Positions 33,676 through 45,260 of a stretch of DNA of 64,000 nt are shown here, piece by piece; position 1 is the stretch's first letter, and each line of letters starts with the position of its first letter. Source of the stretch: an uncultured Nitrososphaerales archaeon (GTDB taxonomy: Archaea; Thermoproteota; Nitrososphaeria; Nitrososphaerales; Nitrososphaeraceae); NCBI GenBank assembly GCA_963713605.1, contig CAVQMO010000001.1, positions 128,001 to 192,000 of the forward strand, given 5' to 3'. The position numbers were made by a program, and so were the translations under genes. Under the pieces are notes generated by a model. The model made no database searches. It worked only from the letters and a program-made list of their open reading frames with translations, and was not told the DNA's origin.

Positions 33676-34509
33676 CTAAACTTTGATCAAACCTGAGATA
33701 TTTTCCTTTAGGATTCCTTTATTAGACGCCAGTTCAAACATTCTCTGGATGGATGCAACACCTTCTGTTCCCATGTCTATTGTTAGCCTGTTTACGTACA
33801 TTCCTATGAATTTACCAATCACGTCTCTTGACTGACTTCTGCTATACGTCATGGCATACTCCAGTGCGTCATCAAAATGGTTAAGCCCGTAGAGGATAGA
33901 GTCCTTAAACAAGTGCTCAAATTCCTTAATCTGGAAATCTGACATTGTTTTTGAACTGGCCACGTTTATTCCAAGTGGAACTGCCAGACCATTTGTGATG
34001 TCATTCCACCAACTTCCCAGATCTAGGACCTTTAATAGACCATGTGCATCAAAAGTGATCTGCCCCTCATGAATTACCAAACCGGCATCCACTTCTCCTT
34101 CCTTTACAGCACTTGGAATCATATGAAAAGGCATCTGCATTTCAGGGTAGTTCCCTAATGCAATCCTTGAGATCAGATATGCTGAAGTCATTCTTCCAGG
34201 TATGGCAATCGTGGTATGACTGAGTTCAGGAATTGTGATTCTTTTCTTTGCAATAATCACCGGACCATAGTTAAGTCCAAAACTAGCACCACACCGTAAG
34301 ATAACGTAATTTCTCAGGTACGCATATGCGTGCGCTGAGATCGCAGTGACATCAAGTTCGTGATTCAATGCCATCTTGTTAAGGGTCTCGATATCCTCTA
34401 TAACGTGCTTGATTTCAAACGAATTACTATTCACCTTGCCTGATGCAATTCCATAAAACATGAATGCATCATCAGCGTCAGGAGTATGACCTAACCTTAA
34501 TTCAACCAC
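33676..34509 (-). CDS. mqnD: 1,4-dihydroxy-6-naphthoate synthase
   Basis: GHTPDADDAFMFY, DIETLN, IPGRMTSA, IHEGQITF, FIGMYVN. Confidence 0.93.
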   Translation of the reverse strand: MVELRLGHTPDADDAFMFYGIASGKVNSNSFEIKHVIEDIETLNKMALNHELDVTAISAHAYAYLRNYVILRCGASFGLNYGPVIIAKKRITIPELSHTTIAIPGRMTSAYLISRIALGNYPEMQMPFHMIPSAVKEGEVDAGLVIHEGQITFDAHGLLKVLDLGSWWNDITNGLAVPLGINVASSKTMSDFQIKEFEHLFKDSILYGLNHFDDALEYAMTYSRSQSRDVIGKFIGMYVNRLTIDMGTEGVASIQRMFELASNKGILKENISGLIKV

Positions 34510-34699
34510 ACAACGATGAGTGTATCAGAGTCTTATATGCTTCTCCTTGCGGAGATGCCAAATGCTGCCTTCACCAAATGATGATGATTTTACTCTGATA
34601 GCGGAATGGGGTAATGTGACCGTCTTAACAAGAAATAGGCACCCTGCCGGCCGATTATATCGATTACGGGTCGGAAAATCCACAATTGGGGGTAATGAC

Positions 34700-35360
34700 A
34701 CAAAAGCACTTGTCACTCCGACTCAAGCGCCGAGTTTAGAAGGTCTTAAAAAGATTGCACGAGTATACTTCTAACTTCAAGGTCGGTAAGGGATCCCTTC
34801 TTAATAATGTCAGCTCCAAGGTACGACTGTTAATTATGTACGTGGACTTAGTCTGTTCTACCCGTATAGCCACGACATTGCCTGTCGACAAACTCGTTAC
34901 CATAATACGAGCTTTTCTTACGAAGTGACTTCTGTAATACGGAGCCACGGTGTGTACGTATTAAAGTATGTTGGTGATACGGTTATCGGATTTTAGACCG
35001 GATCATTGCTTGTATGAACTCAATTAAATGTGCTCGATCCGTCCTGAGTACGATTAAGAAGGGAATTAATCCAATAAATCAATATGATTAGCCTAAGTCG
35101 AGCGGAAGAATAGGAATTGACGAAGGATAGAATGTGGTTGTATTATATGGATAAGACAAGGGTTCGTCAGTCAATATCATGGGCAGAAGCATATCCTCCA
35201 AGATAACTTCCATCAGGAAGCCGATCAAATTACAGTTGGTGAGGACGTGTATTTTGCGTTTGACCCTCCTTTGAGAAAAAGGTCTTCTGTACATCACAGG
35301 TTGACGAGTGGAAGTATACAAATAGAACAGCAGGGGTAGCTATACAAGCTCTTTTCTTAG
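34700..35360 (+). pseudogene. Class III adenylate/guanylate cyclase remnant
   Basis: IMYVDLVCST, LPVDKLVTIIRAF, YVLKYVGDTVIGF*, RIGIDEG*NVVVLYG*; several stops and shifts. Confidence 0.8.
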
Positions 35361-35487
35361 TCCTAACCATAAGTAATAGCCGATGGGACTGTATGAGTAG
35401 ATTCAGAGTTAATCAATTAGAGTTAATTCCCAATTGGCACAATTGAATTATAAGTATCTGCAGTAAGATAATAGCCTTGAACTCGTA

Positions 35488-36348
35488 ATGAGGTTGCCTT
35501 TCAAGGGTACTAACAATAGTAATATTCAAGAAATAAATTCTGTCTTCTCTCGCGTCGGAGAGTGTTTCATACGCTCTATATCTCCCAAGATCTCTATGCA
35601 TGAGATAAACGTTATGCTCGCAGATGGTACTGTGACACAGTCACCTACATTCGATATTGGAAAAGTTTCGAAATTCTACGAACACTTGATAGGATCTCTA
35701 TCTGGTTGGCAAAGTTCTGGCATATCAAGGTCCAAAATCGAGGATTTGAATAGGATTTATTGCGAATTTAGGAAATCTGTGGGCAAGTATGATGTCAGAG
35801 GGTATTTTGGAATTCAGTTTCATACTCTACCTTATTATCAGGTAAATAAAAAAGTGCTAGACATACAGAGAAATCTCAGACAATTAGAAGATAAAGGCAT
35901 CCAAGATTATTCTCAGATATCACAGCAAGCGAATAAGATGATAGAGGAAGAATTGTCATTTAGGGGGCTCGCGAAAATGAGTGAGGAAGAATTATTTAAG
36001 AACCTACTTGAAAATGAAGGGCTCTATGGTGATTTAGTGAAGAAGGTCGAGTCGATTGAGAGTGGATTCCCCCAATCCCTTGACATTGACTATCAAAAGA
36101 AGTTACTTTTCAAAGAATTGGAGAACCTCGTGATAGAACTATATCAGGTTTCTCCGGTTTTGATTGATTACAATAAATTAATGCAGGGCGAAGTTGGAGT
36201 TGCCATGTACGTGGACGTTGGGACCATTAAGAATGAAAAAACGGGAGCAATTGATTCTTTCGTAAATACTAAACGGTTGCCTTCAGTCCACTCGGAACAG
36301 ATCATTTCTGCGCTTCTAGAGGTTCAAGATGCGATGGATCGAATATGA
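35488..36348 (+). CDS. Hypothetical protein
   Basis: 286-aa intact ORF. Confidence 0.75.
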   Translation: MRLPFKGTNNSNIQEINSVFSRVGECFIRSISPKISMHEINVMLADGTVTQSPTFDIGKVSKFYEHLIGSLSGWQSSGISRSKIEDLNRIYCEFRKSVGKYDVRGYFGIQFHTLPYYQVNKKVLDIQRNLRQLEDKGIQDYSQISQQANKMIEEELSFRGLAKMSEEELFKNLLENEGLYGDLVKKVESIESGFPQSLDIDYQKKLLFKELENLVIELYQVSPVLIDYNKLMQGEVGVAMYVDVGTIKNEKTGAIDSFVNTKRLPSVHSEQIISALLEVQDAMDRI

Positions 36349-36581
36349 CACGCTTTCTTCATGTTAATTGTATTGCATAAAATTGGTATTGCTCTAGATT
36401 CAGAAATTAATATGCAGGTAACAACTCATATTAAAATGACCAATTTGACATGAACAGGACCATTAAGATGGTGTCCTTCGGTACTTTTAGTGTGCACTTT
36501 AGAGCTTGCGGATATCGATATACGGATCAGGTAAGCAACTTCAATATAGGTAAAGGAGCCCAATGAATATTCTCAGAGAAG

Positions 36582-37568
36582 ATGCTTAAAGATATAATAA
36601 AGGATCGAATCGACTCGAAAAAACCGCGGGAAGAAGGGCTAACTTACATGATAGACAGGCTACCTAACATAGATAGCGAAGGTATTGAAACCCTTTCACC
36701 GATAGTAGATATGGTGAAGATCTATGGAGCATATCCGCTTTTGATTCCTGAGATTATTCTCGAAAAGAAAATAGGGATTTATCACAAACATGGCGTTCAA
36801 GTGTCGCTGGGAAGTACAATGACCGAGTATGCGATAATCGAAAATGTATTTGAGAGGTTCGTATCTGAGGCTGCTAGAATGGGCATTGACGTAATAGAAA
36901 TAAGTGAAAACAATCGTGATTTGAGTTTTGACGAAAAAGAGAAGATCGTCAAGACTATTGAATCAAAAGATATGCGGTACCTGTGGAAAATCGGAAGAAA
37001 GGATCCTAGGCACCAATTGAGCGTTGAACAGATTCTTTCAAGAACTGAACAAAGTATTAAGCTCGGTAGTAACAAGGTTATACTCGAGGCAAATGAAGGG
37101 ATAGGTGTAGGAATTTTCGATGAACGTGGCGCAGTGAGATGGCACATTATGGGTGCACTCACATCAAAATTTCCCCCAAGTGCGTTCGTTTTTGAAGCCC
37201 CGCTTGAATCGCAGCAATCAGCTCTTATAGCTGAGTTTGGACAACGCGTAAACTTGGCAGAAATTAGGCCAGACTTGCTCATGTCTGTCGAAACACAACG
37301 AAGAGGTTTAATGTCAAAAGCAGCGTACGGAGTCTCCTACTTTCGAAAGGATCCAGAAGGCGGTCCTGCGTCCAAATTTGTTTACTACATAATCAAAACC
37401 AAATACCCTGTAGAACAGAGTGAATTAATACGAATTAGCCATTTACCTAGGAGAACAATTCAAAATGCCATTGAAGATCTTAAGGAGCAAGGATTAGTTT
37501 TAGAGAAAAATAGCCTAGATGACACGCGACGAAAGGCCTATTATCCAGTACTTTCTGAATGGCTCTAA
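36582..37568 (+). CDS. comA: Phosphosulfolactate synthase-like TIM barrel fused to a C-terminal HTH
   Basis: KPREEGLT, IEISE, KVILEA.E, FEAP..SQQ..LI..FG..VNL, VETQRRGL; tail QSELIRISHLPRRTIQNAIEDLKEQGLV. Confidence 0.85.
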   Translation: MLKDIIKDRIDSKKPREEGLTYMIDRLPNIDSEGIETLSPIVDMVKIYGAYPLLIPEIILEKKIGIYHKHGVQVSLGSTMTEYAIIENVFERFVSEAARMGIDVIEISENNRDLSFDEKEKIVKTIESKDMRYLWKIGRKDPRHQLSVEQILSRTEQSIKLGSNKVILEANEGIGVGIFDERGAVRWHIMGALTSKFPPSAFVFEAPLESQQSALIAEFGQRVNLAEIRPDLLMSVETQRRGLMSKAAYGVSYFRKDPEGGPASKFVYYIIKTKYPVEQSELIRISHLPRRTIQNAIEDLKEQGLVLEKNSLDDTRRKAYYPVLSEWL

Positions 37569-37831
37569 TTTTTTCAGTTGTTATAGACAGCATTTGGTTC
37601 ACATGGGTATTGGGACTGGACTGGATGTCAATCATATTGATATGACACACGATACTTAACTGCCTTAGCGGTGAACAGTGTTTGATTTTATCAGCCTCAA
37701 AATTGTCCCACCACGGCTTATACTTCCTAAAACTTAATTGTGTGATAGCTGCCTCACTACAAAATCTATAAGTTTTTAAATCTCACCGATAAAAATTAGA
37801 AGGAGAAAGGTACGTAAGCAGGCGAATATTT

Positions 37832-39025
37832 GTGACCAAACAGGAAGAAACCACTACTGAACGGAAACTTGAACCCAGTGATGAGACGTTAAGATTGCCA
37901 ACATCCAATCAAGGTCAACTTACTACCGAACCGGATTCGTCTCTAGATTTCGCCCGGGAACTCGTAGACTATTCCAAGCGTTTGGAAGCGTGTCGAAAAA
38001 CGCTCCATCTGGCTGGTAAGACAATCAAAGTAGGGACAACACCTAATGAGATACTCCATGAAACGAGAAACTATACTCTCTTGCACTATATGCCTATGAC
38101 AAACAAGACTTTTCCAACTCCCATACTGATCGTATACGCCCTTATGAATAAATCGTATATTCTTGATCTCCAACCAGGAAAAAGTTGGATCCAAAATCTT
38201 CTTCGCCAAGGTTTTGATGTGTATCTGATTAATTGGAACGCTCCAACAACTATAGATAAATACATTTCTTTCGATGATTATGTAAATTACTACTTAGACC
38301 AGTGTGTTGAAATTGTAAAGAAAAAAAGAAACGTAGGAAAAGTAACTTTACACGGTTATTGTCTTGGTGCAACGATGTCCGTAATGTATACAGCAACACA
38401 CCAGGAGAAAGTTAGAAATCTAGCGACTATTGCCCCGATAATAGATGCCGATCAAGACTCAACAGTCCTCGCAAATTTTGCCAAGAATATTGATGTCGAC
38501 AAACTTGTAGATACTTTAGGGAATTTTACATCTGAACAACTTTATAGTTGCTATTCGATCCTTAAACCCTTTAAACAGGGGGTGAACAAATACATCAACC
38601 TAGTGCAAAATATCGACAATAAAAAGTTCGTAGAGAATTTCCTAGGAGTTGAGAAATGGCTTTATGATACTCCCCCTATTGCAGGTGAAACATTTAGGCA
38701 GTGGATAAAAGACATATACCAAAACAACTTGCTTGCAAAAAACGAAATGCGAATAAAAGAAATATCAGGTATGAACAATCATGCAGCAGATGATCATAAC
38801 ATTTTAGATCTTTCCAAGATTTCAGTACCACTACTAAATATAGTCGCTGAAGAGGACCACTTAGTTGCGCCGGCATCCAGCTCTGCATTGAATGACTTGG
38901 TATCGAGTAAAGATAAGCGTTTGATGAGATTCCATACTGGTCATGTGGGGCTTATCGCGAGCAGCTATTCTCAAAATAACGTTTTGCCTAAAGTAGGGCA
39001 ATGGATAAAATCTAGATCCCAATAA
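37832..39025 (+). CDS. phaC: Class III polyhydroxyalkanoate synthase
   Basis: PILIVYALMNKSYILDLQP, GYCLG, AEEDHLV, TGHVGL (C-D-H triad). Confidence 0.93.
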   Translation: MTKQEETTTERKLEPSDETLRLPTSNQGQLTTEPDSSLDFARELVDYSKRLEACRKTLHLAGKTIKVGTTPNEILHETRNYTLLHYMPMTNKTFPTPILIVYALMNKSYILDLQPGKSWIQNLLRQGFDVYLINWNAPTTIDKYISFDDYVNYYLDQCVEIVKKKRNVGKVTLHGYCLGATMSVMYTATHQEKVRNLATIAPIIDADQDSTVLANFAKNIDVDKLVDTLGNFTSEQLYSCYSILKPFKQGVNKYINLVQNIDNKKFVENFLGVEKWLYDTPPIAGETFRQWIKDIYQNNLLAKNEMRIKEISGMNNHAADDHNILDLSKISVPLLNIVAEEDHLVAPASSSALNDLVSSKDKRLMRFHTGHVGLIASSYSQNNVLPKVGQWIKSRSQ

Positions 39026-39334
39026 TCCATGGCCCAATAGAAGTGGCAATAGCAGTAATGAGCCAGATGAACGTTTTTCCTTGCATGAATTCTTGCGATG
39101 GGACTTAAACATACCAACCAACTCGTTGCAAGGAAGGATAAGAGGTTGTTCGCTTCTCATGAACATCGTACCGTTCTTCTTGGTTTCTATGCCTCGGTAC
39201 TTTGAAATTGTAAGTTTAATGGAGAAAATGCAGAGTTGCATCCGCTAGGCAGAACTTTGGAATGTCCAGTAAATATCACAAGCGGGCCCGTGCACCGCTC
39301 GCTTATTAGGCAGCCCCCATTATCCGATAGGACA

Positions 39335-39739
39335 ATGATGAAATCCAGAACGATGAATACCTCGATAAATAGCAATCCTCAAATAGTTTATGACTTCGTC
39401 TCAAACTTGGAAAACCTGCCTAGGTGGGCTTCTAGCACCTTTCCATCCATAAAGGAAGTGAATGGGGAATGGGTCATAGACACTCCGCAAGGACAGAATA
39501 AAGTCATGCTTGCGGAAAGAAATAACTTTGGAATTTTAGACCACCATGTGAAGTTGACTTCTGGGGTAGAGATATACGTTCCTATGCGTGTGGTGAGAAA
39601 TGGGAATGGGAGCGAGGTAATGTTGACGGTGTTTCAGGCACCGGAGATGACAGACAATGGATATGCCAAAGATGTAGAAACGGTCGAAAAGGATCTGAAT
39701 CACTTGAAGGCAATTATCGAAGAGTTAGAACAAAGCTAG
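39335..39739 (+). CDS. SRPBCC/START-like protein
   Basis: VYDFVSNLENLPRWA...NNFGILDH...VPMRVV. Confidence 0.8.
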   Translation: MMKSRTMNTSINSNPQIVYDFVSNLENLPRWASSTFPSIKEVNGEWVIDTPQGQNKVMLAERNNFGILDHHVKLTSGVEIYVPMRVVRNGNGSEVMLTVFQAPEMTDNGYAKDVETVEKDLNHLKAIIEELEQS

Positions 39740-39759
39740 CTGGGAGTAGTCCCATCACA

Positions 39760-40136
39760 ATGACAGAGATGTCAAAAAGTGAACTTAATAGATTTCTAAG
39801 TCTAGGGAACGGAAACTAGTTCAGTTAAGGGAAAAAATATCTCGCGTGATCCAAGAGTGTGTATTTGCACACATTGCAGAATTGCAGTATGCATTTGCCA
39901 CAATATTTGGCGAAGCCGAGAGTTTCAGGCGATATCGAGAGAGTCCAAGTATAGAAGACAAGAACATACTAGATGAATCCAGGGATTTTCTACATTGGAT
40001 GAGAAAAATATCTGCAAGATATGTAGGATCAGAAAAGGCAGACATGTATGCCAAAAGGAATACTACTGACGGAGCAGTACGATATAAGATGAAGCCAAGA
40101 CGAGTAGTTTCCGAGAAAATTATTGCAGATTGGTGA
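39760..40136 (+). pseudogene. PNPOx-like (probably F420-binding) protein, disrupted
   Basis: MTEMSKSELNRFL... then ISARYVGSEKADMYAKRN..GAVRYKMKP in another frame. Confidence 0.65.
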
Positions 40137-40384
40137 CTTTGAAAGAAAAGACTTCTGATGGTTTGCTGTTAGCGTCCTCACTAAGACTCATTGAAGTCTT
40201 CAATCGTCTTCTAACTCTCCGAATAACTGCAGACATCGTAGGCCTTTCTTGGTGATTTCGTAAGTATGTAAAACGTCGGGTAATATTTAGTGCCCCCAAT
40301 TAATCTCCCATACATCCATCTAGTCGTCAGATGAATTGCATTTAGAACCGTAGAGATAAATAAGGAGGTCGACAAATAATTGAT

Positions 40385-40495
40385 ATGGTAAGTCCAGCAA
40401 CTACAAGGGCAATTGGCGCAATTTTGTTACCACTGGCTATGGTTGGCGTCCGAGAATTGATGAAAAGATTTGGGCCTAGGTTATCAAAAAGATAA
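40385..40495 (+). CDS. Candidate 36-aa hydrophobic/basic peptide
   Basis: MVSPATTRAIGAILLPLAMVGVRELMKRFGPRLSKR*; AAGGAGGT about 15 nt upstream. Confidence 0.4.
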   Translation: MVSPATTRAIGAILLPLAMVGVRELMKRFGPRLSKR

Positions 40496-40644
40496 ACAGG
40501 TATGGCGCTTCTCAAATTGTAAGCGAATCTGATTTATTATTACTAAGCCGTTGCTTGTTCACAAGATATGAGGAATGATTTACATGATTCAATTTTTTAG
40601 GGTATAGGTAATTTCATTTTTTATTTAAAACTAGAAATTTTATG

Positions 40645-40973
40645 TTACACTTCCGATATGAAATGGGTAGTCCTAAATAACCAAATACAGTTAAAATCAG
40701 TTTCTTTCCTATGCGCGTAGGTTGACGGTTTTACCTTCTTAACATCTTTCAAGTATGATATGTGCGATATGATTTTGGATTCGATAACCAAAGGCTTAGT
40801 GTCCAGCAATGCGCGTAAGTCTTGGTTCTTTGCTGTCTCGTTAAGAAAAATCTGGAATGCGACGCGATATGTGTCTCTCGTATATTGAGATTTTACGCCT
40901 TCTGTAAATTGGTATCGTTTTGTTGTGTATAACGCTCTGAAGGTGATATAGACTATCCATCATCCACTGCCAA
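40645..40973 (-). pseudogene. Tyrosine integrase N-terminal fragment
   Basis: FTEGVKSQYTRDTYRVAFQIFL...LLDTKPLVIESKIISHISYLKDVKKVKPST; no catalytic domain. Confidence 0.6.
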
Positions 40974-41986
40974 CGTAATGTATTCTCGACTTACAAATTA
41001 TTTATGTGCAGTAAATGCTTCACACTAACCTTTTACTGTATAGCATTTGCATCCTCTTAAATTCCTAGGCACAAGTTCAAACTTCAACTTTCGTTCTTCG
41101 ATTTAGCGGGATACGTGAACTCCCTGAGCTCCTGATGCACGGATTCGCTTACTAGGCCCTATAAGAGAGGTTACGAAAACCGTGATTTTAGCTATTATCA
41201 AGCTAAAATCAAGTGCAGCCTGGTCTAGTATATGCAATTTGATCCAATAAAAGTAAGTATACTTTCTATAGGTAACTGCTGCATACTTTGCATTTGAGAT
41301 CAGTCTGAGCTCTGCTTAGATCTATTTAAAGTAGTTAATGGGTATCGGTTAGAGGATTCAGTTTTTGCTTAGGCTGTGAAACTTGGCTATGACTTGACGG
41401 GCCTGTTCTTCTGTCCTGACCTGCTGTGCTTTCATTGCCAAAGACCTGTTGTCATCCATGGGCCTTTTTTAGACAACATTGTATTTATCTGATTTAGATA
41501 GTCAATTACTAGTCAAATCATATCATAGGGAATTGTAGACTCATGCGGAAGGCATCAAACAGGTCATCGTGTGTGAAGTGTCCCCTCTCCCCTCTCAACT
41601 GCAGTCCTTAATGCAGTGATGAGTTCGGTATGCTCAGGGCCAATGGCCACTACTCCACTGCCATACTCCATCAATTTCTTGGCGTATGCCAGCATGTTCT
41701 TGTGTTCTTTTGAGAAATGATAGGAACCAGAAAGTTCAGGTCAACAAATGACTAGTTGCGATAGATGTACTAGTGCTGAATCAGTCATGTGTCTTAGCGA
41801 CCTTAGTGTAGAATACTATGTGAAATGATTTACATAAACTATAGGTGATTAATCAGATTTATGTGGGAAACCTTTTTCACCGAATCCATATAAGTCAATT
41901 TTTCATCTATTTGCCGCTGAAGTTATTGTTCGGGAATAAAACCAAAGGACTTCTGGTGCTATCCACGTCAACTCCCCCCGTCATCT

Positions 41987-42697
41987 GGTGACACAGGTCC
42001 AGAAGGTCCTCAAGGGTTGACTGGATCAGCAGGACCTCAAGGGTTGACTGGACCTAAAGGTGATACTGGTGACACAGGTCCAGAAGGTCCTCAAGGGTTG
42101 ACTGGTCCACAAGGCGATGTTGGTCCACAAGGTCAGCAGGGATTAATAGGTCCAGGGGGTCCTCAAGGGTTAACTGGTGAACAAGGGCTTCAAGGAGTAC
42201 AAGGACCTCAAGGAGCAGCGGGAGCGACAGGAGCTCAAGGACTACCAGGACCTCAGGGTATAGAAGGACAGCCAGGACCCACTGGACCTCAGGGAGTAAC
42301 AGGAGCAACAGGACTGGCAGGGCCAGCAGGACCGGTCGGCCCGGTAGGAGTAACTGGAGCAACAGGACCGGCAGGGCCAGCAGGACCGGCAGGGCCAGAA
42401 AAAGTACTACAAGTAAGAAGTGTTTATGGCCCTAATCTAGAAGTGCCAGCAGGACAGCTTGGAATCCAAGATGTGTTCTGCGCAACAGATGAATTTGCAA
42501 CTGGGGGAAGTTATTTTTCAAGTGGGGGTGGAAACGTAGAAAATGAATTTAAGAATGATTTCGGGAGAGGCATCGACCCTGATCTAATAGGATCGTCAGG
42601 CAGCCATGGTTGGCGAATAGTATACGCTAACCCTGGTGACAACCCAGTTACTATAAAAGGGGTCGTAGAATGTGCAAAGTTAGTCGACGCACCCTAA
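41987..42697 (+). CDS. Collagen-like protein (about 45 Gly-X-Y triplets) with C-terminal globular domain; 5' end appears missing
   Basis: Uninterrupted GXY starting upstream of the called TTG; C-terminal C...ATGGSY...GW...VECAK. Confidence 0.8.
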   Translation, partial: GDTGPEGPQGLTGSAGPQGLTGPKGDTGDTGPEGPQGLTGPQGDVGPQGQQGLIGPGGPQGLTGEQGLQGVQGPQGAAGATGAQGLPGPQGIEGQPGPTGPQGVTGATGLAGPAGPVGPVGVTGATGPAGPAGPAGPEKVLQVRSVYGPNLEVPAGQLGIQDVFCATDEFATGGSYFSSGGGNVENEFKNDFGRGIDPDLIGSSGSHGWRIVYANPGDNPVTIKGVVECAKLVDAP

Positions 42698-43108
42698 TGA
42701 ACTTCCTTTCATTTTTTCCTTGCCTTCCTTTTTTAATACCAGAAGTATAACTATGCTCCGCCTACTACTTTCTTGTAATTGTGCAATGAGCGCCATTTCT
42801 TTATTTTGTATTCCAGATATAATAGCAGCATAAACACTAGATGATATGATTAGAAAAGGTGGCACAAGTACCAGTATAAATGACGATTGTAGCCGTGCCC
42901 TTTTTTCTCTAGTAATTTGGACAATCCTTGTTGGTCTCCTATCTATGAAAGGACTTGTGTAGATCTATTGTAATATCTATCATCCTGTTAAAGTCAGGTC
43001 GGGTATATTCTTCTGCATGCAGTAGTGGATTAGGCCATCTATTCCACCTAAGAATAACTCGTAACAATATTTCTGAATGCAGATATCCAAAAACCGAGAG
43101 ATACATGA

Positions 43109-43580
43109 CATGGCCGAGTTAGGTCTCGAAGGCCTATTTGGGATAGGTGAAGCGATAGGAATTATGGCCACTCTATTTGTTATATTATACTTTTCAAGAA
43201 AGCAAATGCAGAGTCTCTCAGTAGACATCCAGACAAAGGTTCTCAATGATTTGGATGAAAAGGTTCGCAAGATGTGTGAAATCATAGTTGAAAAACCATC
43301 GATGCAAAGAGTCATATATAAACTTGAAAAACCATCAGATGAGTTAGCATTTGCTTATTATATCTTGTTTATTTGTTCTCATGCATATGCTATGCACCAA
43401 AGAAAAGTGCTTAATGATGATGAATGGACAGGATGGTTACTGTGGATGAGAAATTGCTTTAAGTATGGAACCATAGGTGAACATTGGAAACAAGAACTGT
43501 CAGAGAGATGGTTCCATACTGATTTCGAGAACTTCATAAACAAAGAAGTAGCGCCGAAACCAGAGCCTAAATCGATATAA
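43109..43580 (+). CDS. Single-TM hypothetical protein
   Basis: MAELGLEGLFGIGEAIGIMATLFVILYF... Confidence 0.7.
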
Positions 43581-44180
43581 TCAATGCCAGAACTGCAGAG
43601 ATAGTTTGAAAGCATATCTCAAATTGTTGAAGATGAGGCTAACCGGGTTCCTGCGGTTTTCATAACATACGGAGTCTGAAACGGACTAGTTCTGTGTCAT
43701 CCCCTGGGGTTTCCTCTTTAGTATATAGGTTATACTGCGGTGCTGCGTGATCTTCAAATGGCATTTCCTAATTATAGCCTACAAATGAACCAAATGATAA
43801 CATTAGGTTAAACACTTGACAATCTCGCAGCGTTCATTGTTCCTACTCGACATATAGCAGCCGAAAATACTAAAAAATTGTGTAGTCTATGCTAGAATTG
43901 CAGACATCCTAACCCATCGTCTGCATTTTTCGCAGGGTCGGCAGTGGGTACGACTGTTAGGTCCAGGGGAATATATTGTAACAGAGGAAATTCCTAGCAG
44001 TCCATACTTTCCCAGTCCCAATATCAGAATCCATTTGTCACCAGATTGTAACGGCGTGATTTCTGTCGGCGAATCTAAGACTTGCGTTGTCACGAACGAA
44101 TTATTGGTTTTTAGCCCGTAGTATGTAACAAGTTTTTAGGATCTTGTAATAAGATATAGCCCTAATTCATGCACACATAA

Positions 44181-44393
44181 ATGGATAGCATAAGAAAGGA
44201 AACAGACAAACTGGACCAGGAGTTGGAAGAGGCACACGGAGAGTTCGACAAAACGAAAGCAGTTCTAGAAAAAAAGATAGCCCTCTACAGTAGATATGAA
44301 AACAGCGACCGACTAACCAAAATGGACAGGCTAGAAGTCCAAAATAAAAAGAATTGGTACATGGGCTCATTTACTAGGTCTAATAGAACATGA
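44181..44393 (+). CDS. Small coiled-coil hypothetical protein
   Basis: 70-aa charged ATG ORF. Confidence 0.4.
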   Translation: MDSIRKETDKLDQELEEAHGEFDKTKAVLEKKIALYSRYENSDRLTKMDRLEVQNKKNWYMGSFTRSNRT

Positions 44394-44673
44394 AGATTTT
44401 ATTAATAAATTAAGTGAATTTACAGAACGTGTAGCTAAGTTAGAAAAGGCTATCCAAATAGAAGAAGAATAATAGCGGGTTGGAGAAATTCGGCTGACCT
44501 TACCTTTCCTATTTCGTAGGCTTCGAGACATTCACATTCTTGTCTTTCCATCTGCTGCTTCAAATCCTGTTGCCAGTGTTGGCAACACTTAATTAATTAA
44601 AATGTGTTAAAAACGAGATAGGTAAGTAAGATGCATGATGGAACCATACACGTATATCCTTTCCTGTTGCTCA

Positions 44674-44772
44674 TCATTTTGTTGTAGGTAACGCTCTGAA
44701 GGTGACTCCAACGTAATGTAATCTGGGTCTAAGAAATATTTAAGGGAAGTAATTCCTTCACACTAACCTTTT
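44674..44772. repeat. Degenerate direct repeat of 40915-41034
   Basis: Shared TTTTGTTGT, TAACGCTCTGAAGGTGA, CCAACGTAATGTA, CTTCACACTAACCTTTT. Confidence 0.85.
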
Positions 44773-44799
44773 TAAGAGAAATAAAATTGAACTAGATAT

Positions 44800-45123
44800 A
44801 TGCAGTATTTCACCGCCCTTAAAATAGGTCAAAAGAGGGTCAAATCCGCCCAGGATTTCTTGAAAATTTATGCGGAAAATGCTATGCCTGCATTGGCATT
44901 GAAGGATAACAAAGCCGACAAATGGGAGCCAGTGGGTGAGGAGAATTATTACGGAGTTGTAAAGGAACCAAATGGATACATGATTGTAATATGCGACAAA
45001 AATGGAATCGCAAAGAGTCTTGCAAATTGGTTTAATGAGGAGGAAAAAAACAATATAGTATCTAGAATAAAGTCAGAACACGCGATGGAAGAATACGTAG
45101 GGAGATTGTCACTGCCAGTTTAA
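44800..45123 (+). CDS. Hypothetical protein
   Basis: 107-aa ATG ORF with upstream TTTTAAG TATA-like element. Confidence 0.75.
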   Translation: MQYFTALKIGQKRVKSAQDFLKIYAENAMPALALKDNKADKWEPVGEENYYGVVKEPNGYMIVICDKNGIAKSLANWFNEEEKNNIVSRIKSEHAMEEYVGRLSLPV

Positions 45124-45260
45124 TCATTATGCGTTTATATTCGAACTTAGAATTTGTAATTGTATCGATTCATAGTATATCATTGATGATAAATTGCGAG
45201 CCTCTTATTTTTTATATTGTTAAACATTGCTGGCTTGACTAGTTTTGTAAAAACAGAAGA

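Noticed and set aside
29528..34509. HMG-CoA synthase plus mqnC/E/D as a novel biosynthetic cluster
   Set aside because: Explained by ordinary mevalonate and futalosine menaquinone pathways
42054..42362. Leu-rich 102-aa minus-strand ORF
   Set aside because: Antisense artefact of the collagen repeats
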